A stretch of DNA of 63,877 nucleotides, counting the filler, from Phoronis australis (taxonomy: Eukaryota; Animalia; Phoronida): the NCBI GenBank assembly GCA_002633005.1. It is 6 parts of 6 records of this genome, joined end to end, with 100 filler letters (N's around TTAATTAATTAA, not from the genome) between each part and the next. Parts side by side here need not be neighbours in the genome. Positions count along the whole stretch, not along the records: positions 1 to 21,399 come from NMRA01000490.1; positions 21,500 to 49,991 come from NMRA01001301.1; 4 more parts are not named here. One strand, written 5' to 3'. Below are positions 13,066 to 25,288 of the stretch, piece by piece; the stretch's first letter is position 1, and each line of letters opens with the position of its first letter. A program made the position numbers and the translations under genes. The notes under the pieces were generated by a model. The model had not been told where the DNA came from. It ran no database searches and worked only from the letters and a program-made list of their open reading frames with translations.

Positions 13066-13894
13066 TGTCAGATGTTTGACTGTGGGTTTGTTTTAAAGGT
13101 AGCTATGCTTTGAAGTTGTGCGTGGATGGAGAGTGAATAATCAAATCCAGTAATTAATTTATTATATGATAACCCCTAATTAGACAAATGAAACCTATTG
13201 TTAATTAAGTAATCAACTACAAAGAGTAACTACACTAGCGCCCTCTTTAAAGATTACTTTAATCAAACAACCAAAACAATCAAATGTCTTATCTGCTATC
13301 CAAGCTAGGACTCTCCACTTGTTGGATGTCTGTCCTGTTCGTGAATCTTCGAACTACACACACTGTATAGCGACAGTGTACTTGTTGGTCACCGTCTCTG
13401 GTGATGCAACACTTCAGGTAGTATCTTACTACCCATAATGCAAGTGACAAGCTCTTAGTTAACTTCCTGTTCGTTAACCCTTGCCCTTGCCAAGATCCTT
13501 TCTAGAATCTTCCACGAGATGGCTCTGTCGTACAATTTCCCCTGTACACTGTAGCAAGTCTTTATGCTTCAACTACTATAGCGCATCTGATTATCTTCTT
13601 GATTTCAGCCCTTAATATAACATTCTACTTATTTAGTGATTGGCTAAAAAAACCACATGATCATATCCACTCGTATTATTGGCTGTTAAAATTTGTTCTC
13701 AGAATATTCTAGAATCTCTGGAGTACTTTGACCCCAAAACCCAAAGTTGTAAACACCATCTAAAAATAGATTTTGACGTTAAAATACATGTCAACAAGTC
13801 TGACCCCATGATTTAAAAGTACATATGCACAAATTTTGGGCAATTTTAAATGGATCTATTCTTACTAATTACTTAATCAATATTTATTCTGACT
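13066..13894 (-). repeat. 5' LTR of the gypsy element
   Basis: Direct repeat of 8096-8917; outer terminal base changed (TCTGACT). Confidence 0.95.
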
Positions 13895-13912
13895 GTCATT
13901 AATATAGCCGTA

Positions 13913-14250
13913 ACATGCTACAACTACAAAGGTCTATCTACAACTTTTATGACGCATTACGCTACCAGAATGGTGGTAAGTAAAACAAAATATAATTAAA
14001 ATTTACCAATAGAAGTAATAGACTCTGTAAAATTCTGATAAGAGATAAAACATCTCCCAAGTTAATTGTATCAGTTAAAGCGATAGTAACCAATCTTTCT
14101 TCGCAAAACAAAATGTTTATTTAGACCATCTGCTGTAGTGAAACTGGTCTCAAATCATTCACGTGCAGAACTGGTGGTAATTTTAGGGCTTTAAAAGAGT
14201 TACTGCTCGTCATTGGTTGAGACCAGTCTCTGCAAACGCGCTCGTCACAG
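13913..14250 (+). repeat. Diverged direct duplication, copy 2 (copy 1 at 7432-7808)
   Basis: Same ordered blocks as 7432-7808, with reciprocal indels. Confidence 0.85.
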
Positions 14251-14589
14251 CGTGTCATTTATGTGTAAACTTTTAAAAAACCCACGAGCCTGAGGGATGC
14301 AGCTAACATTTCATTTGATGATGAAATTAATTGCTAAGTTTTGAGTTACAAACTAGCTACAACCGTCGTATTTTCATGCCAAGTTCTAATTGTTCAATTG
14401 AAAGATGTTTCTGACGGGTATAAAAATATGGCGCATTACCAATCTCGAAGTTTTATTGAAAAGTAGTAAATCAGTAAAACACATTAGATTTCTCCCCACA
14501 ATTTGTGAAAATAACTGAAAGTTTTCTGAAAAAGTAATTTCTTTATCATTTATCATCAGAAAGCCACACCGTTATCGTTCTTTACTTAC

Positions 14590-14841
14590 CTAAGCAAAGA
14601 TACTTTTTGCAAGTTTTTTTGCAATAGTCCCACATGTAATAAGGGTCGAGATGACACATTCCTTTCTTTCCCCAATAAGCACAATTTTTGTCAGTATTTT
14701 TATTTTTGCAGTCACCAAATACACACATCAGCTGATGACACGTCCGTCGACAGTGGTAGTTCATATACGTGGAGTCGCGATCACAGTCACCATTTCGAGC
14801 ACGTTCTAAGCATTCATTTCCACTAACTGGGGCACAGAAAG
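14590..14841 (-). CDS. Exon encoding two ShKT domains
   Basis: Acceptor ATTTTAG, donor GTAAGT, 252 bp, phase 1-1. Translates FCAPVSGNECLERARNGDCDRDSTYMNYHCRRTCHQLMC-VFGD-CKNKNTDKNCAYWGKKGMCHLDPYYMWDYCKKTCKKYLC (2 x 6 Cys). It could instead be terminal: reading through the donor reaches TAA at 14582, with AATAAA on minus at 14452-14457. Confidence 0.9.
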
Positions 14842-15149
14842 CTAAAATGTAGTAAAATGTGGAAGCTTTTCATACAGGTTCCATATACAAATCATAAAAC
14901 TACCTTAGGTTACACCACTTCTGAAATATTGCGGTCTATTTACATGAGTCTCTAGCATATAGAAGAGACTTATTGATGCAATATACTGAAGTAGAACGAC
15001 TTCAGATACTAGACTGTGTTGCAGGGCGCTACATTTTGGGTTTCCTGATGACAACCATAGTTAAAATGTGTGTTATCTGCTCTGAGCGATTGGTGTGAGG
15101 AGTTGCTTGCAGCGTATCGCCGAGAACTGGGTAGGCAATGGAGTAGAAA

Positions 15150-16560
15150 GCAAGAGAAAATGCTGCCCTTTGGGAAGACGTTAAGCAATGAAAGAAGGCA
15201 ACTGCAACTAAGAAAGAAGACTTTGAGGAATTGAAGGATGACGCACGGAATCAACTCATCACGCTGAAAAAGGCATAAACAACAGCAATGGGAGCGAAGA
15301 GATACAGGGACACAGATGAAAAGTTTTCACAGGACAACTGTGCGAGTTCACGTCAAAGTTTTTGGGCAAGGCCCGGGGCAGCCACCTGGTGGTCGTGGGA
15401 ATAGAATAGCAGACCTAGCTAGCCACAGTGAAAAACGGCCTATGGATGGACCAGTTTTCTCATATGGATAATCCAGATGCTGGATGCTAATATGGGGAAA
15501 ACACTTTCCGAATAAGCCCAAGAAACATGTGGAATTTCGTAAGTGGTGTAGAAGAATTGGTCACGATTTTGGAGGCTTTTCAAAGTTGTGTAGGAAGAAC
15601 AGCGCTTTTGTTGACAGGAAACTGGTAGAAAAACGTTACGTTCAAAGGAAAGAAAGACGTCTTTATAGCCACCAAGGAGGTCCGACTTGTCTCTTTAATC
15701 AAGGGACAAATCAATATCGTCGTGTCGAGCCTATTAGAGCAGCTATGTGGTGAGGGCTAGCGATATCTACACATCTAAAGAGGGATGCAGATTGCCACGC
15801 TAATCTAGCTGCCTAGCGCACAAATCCATCGCCAAATAACTTGTTAACCAAGCGCAGACGAATAAACAGGTCATTTCATTGGTTTAACATGGTCAATACA
15901 TGCGGATTGGTATCATTTGCGACGGTCAGAGAAGCAATTTATCGGAAACAGTAGACAGCCGCGATGTCAGACATTTGCAGAAGACAATATAGTTCCTTAT
16001 CGACACTTACGGTATTGTTGCAGCTAGAAAGAGGTCAACTAAGTGACAGAGGAAGGAGTTCAAATCAGAGAAGTCGATGAGCTTAATGATACAGAAATAC
16101 ATGTACGTCATCTAAAGAAGGAAACATTTGAGTTGTCAGTGACAAGAGTGTGGAATTTTTGGAAACCTCAACAACGTTAGCAATTTTAGAAAGATCAAAT
16201 ACCATCTAGCAAAATGACAAAAGTGGAATATTAACAGTGTGGAGATATCAGCATGATCTTTTGCCAAGATTTATGTGGACACTTCGATTGTACGCGGTTA
16301 CGCACATGTGCTCAGTGACTAAGGCAATGGAAAGAACTGCAAGCAGATTTCTATGGCAGCGGACGGGTGAACCTTTCATTTACACTGAGTTACATACTAC
16401 GTCAACTATTGTTATTTTTCAATTACCGATAAACAGAAAATGAATAAGGTTAGAAAATGACAGGCAGGATCCTGTCATTAAGAACACAAGCATTAAAGTA
16501 CAAACGGTAAGAAGTGGATCGGCGACCTCCTTCGTAAAAGACAGGGCATCAGTAATTCTT
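15150..16560 (+). pseudogene. Highly decayed RLE-type non-LTR retrotransposon fragment (HERO/NeSL-like)
   Basis: WRYQHDLLPRFMWTLRLY...MERTASRFL (16240-16355) and DPVIKNTSIKVQT...W (~16468-16520) resemble the post-RT region of HERO-type elements as I recall it. Left boundary uncertain. Confidence 0.6.
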
Positions 16561-16568
16561 GGGAAAGA

Positions 16569-17860
16569 TGTGTTGCAGAAGATACGGGATAGGATTATTG
16601 AGAATGTTGGTTTCTGTGATCTCGTCTGTCTTGTTGTCTCGTGTGTTCGTGTCCGTCCGTTGGTTTCCGTCAGTGCCCGGATGTTGTGAGTTCTAGTATT
16701 GCCACGTGACTGGGGCATCGTGGGACTTCTCTCTCTTCGTCTGATCTTTCTGCACGCAGGACGCTTGCGTTTGGTGTTCCAGTCTAAAGCCTGATTAAGA
16801 AGACTTATGAGTAAAGGAAAGCTGCACGCGAACCTGCAGTGAATACATGCAGTTCCTACCTTTATACCGAGTGGCGCGTAAATTTAAATCAAATTTCGCG
16901 TACCAGCCGTTTCATAGCGGGATGGTCACAGAACACGGGTGTTCAGCTGTTTCGGCTATTCATTTTTTCATCTTTCATTTTTTGTCTTGTAAATAGCATT
17001 TCTATTTGTGTGTATTCATATTTATCGTTTTTGGTATTATTATTTCAGTCTTTTGTACACCTACCATTTACGTAGTGCCACACACACTTTTGGCACCTTC
17101 TTATGACGTCCAAGATTCTTACGAATTCTTTTGACGCTACAACACTGTTGCACCCTCCGGGTATGACTACTGGTGTCGCTGCTGCAGATATCGACTTCAG
17201 GGCAATATTACCTATCACTCCGGAGTATGTGTGTAAGATACATTCCCGTTGGAAGCCAATCATCCGGTCTGCCAGAAGATTTGGGGGAAGTTGTCAAGGT
17301 TTGTGACGAATATGGTAAGAAAACTTCACCGATACTTACCTCTAGCCCTGATTATTCATTTCCCAAGTTGACAGCTATACTGACTCCGTCGTGAAAGACT
17401 GGTTCTGGCGGTGATTACGCAAAAATCCATTTTCTTCGCACACTAGCATGTCACCTAAGCCCTCTGGCTCAGGCACTCATTACCTGTCACGTCCCCCACG
17501 CAACCTAATCTTTAATGGCAAGATAGGTAAATGGGAGGATTTTCTATGGAAATTCAGTAATGTTGCCCGAGACAATTTTTGGTCAGGTCAAAAATGTAGG
17601 ACGGAGGTGGGCATGTGCTTAGAAGGTGATGCCTCTCGTTGTTTTTCCAACCATCTTAAAGCTCATCCAAACAATGGCTGACCGTCTTACAAGTTTATTC
17701 TTGTTGACCTCTCCAGAGGTGAAGGACTCTGGCGAAGCTCAGGCAGTTCTTCGGTTCTGTTTAGGACTACGGGATAGAGTGGTTGCGCAGTTGGCCATAA
17801 ACAAGCGACCAAGTACAGTCATGGCTGCCTTGAATGCCGCTAGGTGGTTTTCAACACCCA
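16569..17860 (+). mobile_element. Second, older gypsy-type remnant: candidate LTR (16569-~17086), PBS-like TGGCACC (17091), gag fragments
   Basis: Near-inverted ends TGTGTTGCA...TGCCACACA followed by TGG. Gag-like peptides FNGKIGKWEDFLWKFSNVARDNFWSGQKCRTEVGMCLEGDA and AVLRFCLGLRD...KRPSTVMAAL. Confidence 0.6.
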
Positions 17861-18715
17861 AATACCTAATGGCTACTTCCAATTCACCTGGTGCTAGTGG
17901 GACATTGTTTTGATAGCATGGCCATGAATGTGGAATCAAAGACAAAACGAGAACAGTGCATAGAACAAGAGGTGAGGAATTCTGAAGAGTGCATTCCAGC
18001 CAGGGAGTTAAAATATGGGATTTGAATCATGGTGACTGAACGTCTTGTTGAGTTATTTATTAGACACCCTCTCAACAACCGCGCGCGCGAAGACATAGAT
18101 AGAGGAAAAAGGCTAAAACTGTTTTTCAGCGCGTCGCGGCGTTACAACACTGCATAACTAAATGAGATTTAAAAAACTTATAAGATTAACGTATCTGTCA
18201 ATTAACGTATTGTTTCAGTATACTGTCATAACTGCTGAAATGTTGACTGTAGCGATATTTCGGCTGCGACCCTATGAACAATTTTATTTTGACATGCATA
18301 TTCTTAAAGGCCAAATGGGGCAAAAATGTTTCTTGATAGCCCATATCAGGGAACGTGACTAGCGAACTTCACTTGAGACTCGACTCACAAATCGACCAGT
18401 AACATCGTTTGAAATTACAAAAACTACTGAAAGACAGCTTCACGCCTCGCCAATTTTTTAAATGAATCAAAAGTAAAATCTGGTGGTCAGATATCGATTT
18501 ACAATAGTCAAAACATTATTAACATTGGCACCGCAGTGTAAAATATGAAAAATGTTAAGAACAGGTTGCTAAGGTTCCGGTTGGTTTCACAAGTGAAACC
18601 CTTGATACGGATGTTAGCTATTGTTTTAAAAGTTGTTAACTGTGCAAAATTGGAAATTTAAAATAGGAATGCTACTTTACGTATTTTAGTTTAAAAGAGA
18701 AAAATCAAAACTCAC

Positions 18716-18976
18716 GACGCGGAAAATCCCCACACATTCCACACGCTAGCCGGCAATTTTCATACATGAAGATAAGGTTAGCACTGCATTCGCCTGAAGA
18801 AGCCCACATATAGCATTCAAATTCATTCTTGTAAGTGTTCTTGCAGGAGGCTGGTTGTGAGCACACCCGACAGGAAGCGCGGCAGTGAGCTAACATCCAT
18901 GTCTTTCGGTCATAACATATGCCGATTGAGGCCCACATTTGGCACTCTGTCTTGTTGTGCCATAGGTCTTCGCATC
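18716..18976 (-). CDS. Exon encoding two canonical ShKT domains
   Basis: Acceptor TATTTACAG, donor GTGAGT, 261 bp, phase 1-1. Translates CEDLWHNKTECQMWASIGICYDRKTWMLAHCRASCRVC-SQPAS-CKNTYKNEFECYMWASSGECSANLIFMYENCRLACGMC and splices in frame to 14841. Confidence 0.92.
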
Positions 18977-20687
18977 CTGTAAATACAAACTCAGGAATTT
19001 CTAGCTTCTTGGCAAAATAGCCAATACAGCAAGCAGTCTCTCTCCAGGCAATGGCATTTCTTGAAATCATTTTCCATCATCACGATAACTGCTTTAACGG
19101 AGATCGATATGCATTCACTATCATGTAGGCGTGTTCGCCTATTTAAGCCCATGAGCATGGAGATAAGAGCGGGGAATCATCAAGAATCAAAAATTTATAA
19201 AATAGTATCTTTTAGTGAAAATTGACTTATCCGATACAATGCGCTAGACGTTTTATCCTACATCATTGTGACGATGGTTTTCCTACTTGAGTTTAACATA
19301 AACCCACGGATATTGGTGCCTGTTTACGTACTAAAAGTGATTGCCATGGACGCTACAAGCTAGCGGTTTTAACTAGATACTTCAAGAGGGCGCACCGGAT
19401 ATCATCTGATTGTCAAGCATTCAATGTTGAATTTCAACATATCAAACAAGTTCTAGTTAATAATAGTTATTCTAATTCTTTTATTGATAACCATGTTAGG
19501 TCTTTCATATCTATTATCAACTCCTATGTAGACACTGTACCTAGCACTAGGACCACTAAGAACGTGTATTATAAGAACCGTACGTCTAACAATTATCTGA
19601 GTGACAAACAAGTGCTTAAGAAGATTGTAAGGGATAACGTAAAAGGAGAAGGCAACCTTTTTCCATGTCATTTTGAGCAAAATTAAGGTTCTTTAATTAT
19701 CGAATTTGTTAAATGCACGACACTTTTCATTGTTCACAGTCTTTATTCCGTTACGTTCGTACTTTCGGAACAAAACTCTACTCTCAACTGAACATAGATA
19801 CAGTAACTGACCTAGCGACATAATTAAAAGACACACGATATTTCGAAATATACTTGTAAACTCACATGTCTGCTATTTTTTATGAAAATTGCATTTTTGC
19901 TGTGAACATAAAAGTGTGATAGCATTTGCACATAATATTCCCACTGTCAATACGCAAGCATTGACGGTACTCGCAATAGAAAGGTTATCCATCATTTTTA
20001 AACAACCCACGTCTTCATATCTTCTGTTTGAAGAACAATAACAATATGAGAAACAGTTCCCTCAGCCTTAGACCATAGGAGTGCTTGACAGACCCACGAA
20101 TTCGTTATAGGTTTCTAAAATTGCTGATAGCCTCAATTGAAAATGGGTGATAAAGGTTTGAATAATATTTTGGAGACAAGTGATGCGTTTAAAGAATTGC
20201 TATGGCTAGGAAAAGAGGCAGTTTTATACAATTTTTGTTATATACACCACTGCGTTCTGGAAATAGTAGTTATATGATTTTGTATGAAAATGTAGAGCAG
20301 TTACCATATCATATTTTTGAAAAAACAGGACCAATGTGGTACACATTATGCGGAAATGACTTTCAGTAACTGCATCGATTGTCTTATTGTCAGTGGAAAA
20401 CCCGTTAATGTTACACTTTGATAATCGAATAAATCAACAGAAAAGTTTGTCACTAGTTATCCAAACCACAATGTTTCTGCAATTTTAACGCGCCATACGG
20501 TGCAGTAAGTTGTGCTTCTTCTTTCTACAGCTAACTGATTTCCGATTACACTTGCGCATTAACATTTTCCTGTTGAGCTATAGAAATGTTCGGCGATCAA
20601 AACGAAGAGTATTCCCTTTGTTTGCATTTGATTTTTGTATGCAACAATTTTTAGAGCTTTCTTAAGAAGGCCTTTACACAGTTTTAA

Positions 20688-21399
20688 GAGGCAGTCCATA
20701 TAAAAACCAGTAGATTTTCAAAAATCAGTCTATACGTCAAAATTTAAAACAACTTCATTTTTTGTACATGGGTAGGTATCCTAACAAAAACTCAAATGCC
20801 AAATTTTGTGCACTCAATGACCCCTAATTTCCCCGCTGGAGCATGATAACACAAATTGGCACAATTGGGAAAATTAGCTGTCTCAAAAATCGCATGTTTT
20901 CAGCAACAAAAATGAGTAACATACAAAATAGATCAAAAGCTATATTTTGGTGGCTGAAATAATCAACGTATACTGTGCATAATTCTGTGCCATTTATTAA
21001 AATCTAACAGTTTTGTGCTAGACAGGGGAGATAATCCACAGACCACTTTTTGGGGCTAATTTTAGTGGCCATTTTTGTGACCTTCTTACTGCCATAAAAC
21101 ACCTTGTAGCCTTATGTGACGTTTTGAACATACAGTTAAGGAGTTAGTCTTGATGACTGAGCAATAAAAAATCTTGCCTCAACTTTGCACTTTAGTGAAA
21201 ATTGTCTTGCAAAACTGTCTATTTTCATAGTTTGTAAATGACGAGCAGAGTTTACAGACCATTTGAACAAACTTTTAGGCAAGAAGTCTGCTTTAAATAG
21301 TTATAGAAACCAAGTCTAAAGTCTTTCAAATGAAAACAAGATGTTTTCCGGGTTTATTACGCGGCTAGTATCGAAACTGAACCCGATGACCTTTGCCCA
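20688..21399 (+). mobile_element. DNA transposon end after TTAA, starting GAG (Sola3-like); runs into a gap
   Basis: TTAA|GAGGCAGTCCATATAAAAACCAGTAGATTTTCAAAAAT; first ~300 bp homologous to 32878-33160. TTAA plus a GAG terminus is the described Sola3 signature. Other end not found. Confidence 0.5.
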
Positions 21400-21614
21400 N
21401 NNNNNNNNNNNNNNNNNNNNNNNNNNNNNNNNNNNNNNNNNNNTTAATTAATTAANNNNNNNNNNNNNNNNNNNNNNNNNNNNNNNNNNNNNNNNNNNNG
21501 TTTTTCCTCTAAAACTTAAGTTATTTTCCAAAAACTTAAGTTTTTTCGCCAAAAACTTAAGTTTTCAGCGAAAAAAGTTCATTTTTGTAAGGGGCGTGTG
21601 AAACCGATGAAGTC

Positions 21615-21741
21615 ATTGGATAATTTCAACACCTCCGTCTGCCGTCAGGTGTCAGGTAACGCAACCGTACGTGTCGTTATGGAGTAGAAATACTCTATTT
21701 AAATTGATAGAAATTAGGTTGTTTTTGGGTGGCATGCTCCT
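21615..21741 (-). mobile_element. TTAA-flanked transposon end (Kolobok-like AGG start), inverted homolog of 34070-34200
   Basis: Reverse complement TTAA|AGGAGCATGCCACCCAAAAAC...TTACCTGACACCTGACGGCAGACGGAG matches 34066-34180. Confidence 0.6.
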
Positions 21742-23369
21742 TTAACTGTTGTCATACTGTGCAAGTCAATGAAATCAAAAGACACATACGAAGGCACTCT
21801 AGGAGATCGACATTTGGCGAAATCTACTGGAAAACAAAATATAATTGCTATGGATCGTTTTGTTATTGTTTTTAAATTACTGTTCTAGACTTTGTGTACA
21901 GTGTAATTCAGCTTGGTATTCTGTTTCTATGAAACGCTGGTAACTTTGTCATTCTTAAACGGCTTAAACAGCTGAACACGAAGCCTTTGAATTGCATCAG
22001 GCAACTTGTGAGTCTGGGTTTTCAATGTTCACATATGCCAATTAACATGAGGACTGGCAGCAGTACCTATGCTGTTCATACAATCATTTATTTTTCACTG
22101 GTTTTCATAACCCGTATATTGTGTATATCTTTTTGAATTAAGCCATTAAGTTATAGATGTAAGAAAAGCTTCATAGGTCTGTCTGAGAGCTGCAAAGTCC
22201 AGTTTATTTGGAAAACTGCTTTAGTAACCCGAGAAGACCTTCTCTTAGTTTGATTTTCTACACCACATTCTAATTCAGGTACACTTATACATTTGTAAAT
22301 GTTTTACCAGATACAACTGAAACACAAACTCCCGCTGCAGGTTCAAGTAGAGCGGATGACATCCCTGATCCCATAGGTAGGTATTTATTGTCACTGTGTA
22401 TTCAAACTTTAATGTAACAAGGTTGGAATCAACTATTAGTCGGAATTCAAAACGCGATGCCCGGTATCTCAAACCCAGATAGCCGCACAGATTGGTCGAA
22501 TGAAAACGGATTAGCCGGTCCTCAAACACGATGGCCGATCTTGAAGTCGTGTTTGATCACCGACCAACTGGTTATAACACCGGCCATCGGTTTTTGTGTA
22601 CAGTCAACTAGAAGTTTGCGAGATGCTGTAGCTTATTGAAATCAGGAAAACACATTTGATGTCCAGACGTTTGGTTTTTAGTCCAGTCGACTCCTTTTGA
22701 ATGCGCGGGAGTGGTTTTGAATTCTGATCAACTGCTGATTCGTTCATTTGTGTAACAGTGCGAACCTATCTGAGCTGCTGCCATCCTATGGAAGTAAATG
22801 ATAAAAGTCAAAATCCTAGCAAGGAAGCACTCCAACGGTACGACATTTGGCAAAGTTCTTGTAGACTGGAAAAGAACGTACGAGGACGAAGGCAGACAGA
22901 GACATCATAGCAGGCGAGGCCCAGGACAACAATGGCGATGCAAGAGACAACCTCTTGGGACTTTACATGACCGCTGTTATTGTCAGCAATTCAGGCAATG
23001 TGGACACGAAAAGCGAACAAGAATGATCTGAGAAGAGTTCACAGTCGATAACAGTTTTTGAAAATCTCTTGATTAAATCGAGTACACTGAGCTGTTGTGG
23101 AATTTAAGGACTAACTTACTACAGCGCTTCAACTGCAAATACTCACAAACTGAGTGCTACACAGACGCTGAAGATACAATTTAAAGCTACTTTATGCAAA
23201 GAGACATTTTGAACAATGAACGATACCTTGTGTCCAATTTAAATATGAGCGATGTATTCACAAGAGTTAAAAATGGATATAATACAGTCCTACATTTATT
23301 GAATAACACACTGCAACATTTTTTAAATTAAAATTACATTGGTAAGCAAGTGTTGTTACATATGTTGTC

Positions 23370-23485
23370 ACACTTGACTCATATTGTCAACCGTGGGACA
23401 ATGTGTGTCCATATTGACGTCCTCTAATTCCACACTCGGCTCATATCGTCAACCGTGGGACAATATGTGTCCATGTTGACGTCAT
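23370..23485. repeat. Two tandem copies of a ~62-bp unit
   Basis: CTCATAT(T/C)GTCAACCGTGGGACAAT(G/A)TGTGTCCAT(A/G)TTGACGTC occurs twice. Confidence 0.85.
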
Positions 23486-23577
23486 ACAGTGCCATTCTCG
23501 ACAAATTGTACATTCAAAGTATTGGTTAGTTGAACTGCTTTTATTTTGTTTACTAAGAAAAAATATTGGTTTTGCAG

Positions 23578-23891
23578 ATAAAATGAGTGGCGCTCTTTTC
23601 CATTTTGACAAAGCTTCAGTTCAAGGTGGTAACGAAACAGCTGGTGTAACCATTCAGTCGCTTGAAGCCCATGACGAAGATCTCGACTTTGCTGTTTTAA
23701 AGCTTAACTTAGACATTAAACTACCCTTCCGTCTGAGACACTATCCCAAGCTGACTGTTCTGCCGCAAGCGCTAAAAAGATACAAAAGTATCAGTAGCAG
23801 TGACAAAAGTGTAAGCTTCGCTGGACATCACGATGCTAAACACAAAGTCGTAGATGTTCAGTGCCCTGTTGTGCATATGAAAACACGAGAG
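23578..23891 (+). CDS. Internal exon of a trypsin-like serine protease (FAM111-like), catalytic-Asp region
   Basis: Acceptor TTTTGCAG, donor GTGAGT, phase 1-0, open frame. Motifs DLDFAVLKL and FAGHHDAKHKVVD.CPVV resemble FAM111 LDYAVLKL and IIGHP..EKK.ID.C.V. Confidence 0.8.
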
Positions 23892-24477
23892 GTGAGTTAA
23901 TGCATAGGCGAAGCAGCACTGAAAAAACTGGGGGCTGTAGTCTTCTGTCCCTATGGTGCGCCGCCCATGTTGTTATTCTTTAAGGAAGGAATCTTTGAAA
24001 TTATGACCATGTAATTCTTTATCTGCAGGTTGTGGATGTCTGACAAAAATCATATGCTCATCTTTTGGGTTTTTGTTATCCTATCCCAAAGCAAGCCTAG
24101 GCCAGACCGTGACTAACTTGTCAACCGATTCACAAGTTAATGCTGGTGACTTAGCCGCGATGTTCCAAAAATGTTTTTCGTTAAATTTATATCTCAACAT
24201 ACCACTGTAATAATTCAAAGACGGTTGATATTTAACAGAAATTTTGGTCGTTGGTCTTGATTAGTATTCGTTTTTTTCAAACTTGTACCTGAAACAAGCG
24301 TGTTGGTTTAGCACCACAGTTATCTCATACAAAACGTTCAGACCTGAGCCTGATGCCATAGCAACGAGCTCTCTAAAAGCCGTAACGGCGCCATCAAGAC
24401 TTTGATGTGCCGTGCATTTCGCCGGATACCCAGGGAGTAAGCAGTTCACGATTTTTCGTCCGCTTACACGCTAATCT

Positions 24478-24606
24478 TATTTTGGTATGAACACGAGCAA
24501 ATACATGTACAACTCTAACATATCCTGCCACTGAGGACACCTCATTTTAGTATGAACACGAATGGATACTTGTACAACCCTAACATATCCTCCATCTTAG
24601 GACACT
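24478..24606. repeat. Two tandem copies of a ~65-bp unit (intronic)
   Basis: TATGAACACGA...TGTACAAC(T/C)CTAACATATCCT...AGGACAC occurs twice. Confidence 0.8.
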
Positions 24607-25288
24607 TTTTATACGAAAGCTCGAACGAAATCTCTGGAGCAATTGTTTTCATTAGATTAAAAATGGTAGTTGTCGAGACCAGAATGATTAAAACAATTCA
24701 GAAATAGACCAGAAATATTTAAACAATTAAGAAACAGGTAAATCACATAAGAATTCCGAAAAAATAAATGCCATTTAAAGGCAATTGTTATTTTGTTATT
24801 CTTCAAGGAGCAATTCTTTGAAATTATTACCGGGTATTTATTTATTTATCTACGACTTGAATGGTGTTGTGGATTCCTGAATATAAGACAACTCAAACCA
24901 TGAGTGAATACTCGACCCAATCCTTTTGGGTACTTATCGTCCAACTAACCGCGTTTTTTCTATCAAACCTGCAATGGAAATATCAGGTACAACTGTATTT
25001 AGTAGAATTAAAATGACATATGGAGAGCCCAGGTAGGGTTAGGTAAACAAGTAAAACACTGGCATTTAAAGCCAGTAAAATTAGGTGCTATTTAAAATCG
25101 AGCCTTAACAAGTACGACTCTTTAAAGAGGAGTAGCCAAGGAGTGCAAAAGGCTTATTTATGTCAGCCATCTTGTTCCTCTCTTTCACGAACAGGTTGGT
25201 ATTAGCCTTTGTACGAGTTACGGTGCCACTGAACGTGCCTATCAACTGTGTGCGTTGCTTTTAATACAAAAGGCATTTGTCATTTCAG

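Larger units (their letters stand above)
8096..13894 (-). mobile_element. Ty3/gypsy LTR retrotransposon, Gmr1-like domain order, defective
   Basis: Two ~820-bp near-identical LTRs with TGTCAGA...TCTGACA ends, PBS, PPT, approximate 5-bp TSD (CTCAT 8091-8095 / GTCAT 13895-13899) and gag-PR-INT-RT-RH remnants. Confidence 0.95.

Noticed and set aside
19866-20023. AG/GT-bounded segment with a Cys-rich peptide (CEYRQC...CKC) upstream of the ShKT exon
   Set aside because: Stops in all three minus frames; cannot be supported as coding, though a UTR or dead exon is possible.
21400-21499. TTAATTAATTAA flanked by N runs (also near 49992, 52724, 58539, 61755)
   Set aside because: Artificial 100-bp scaffold spacer with stops in all frames, not a biological motif.
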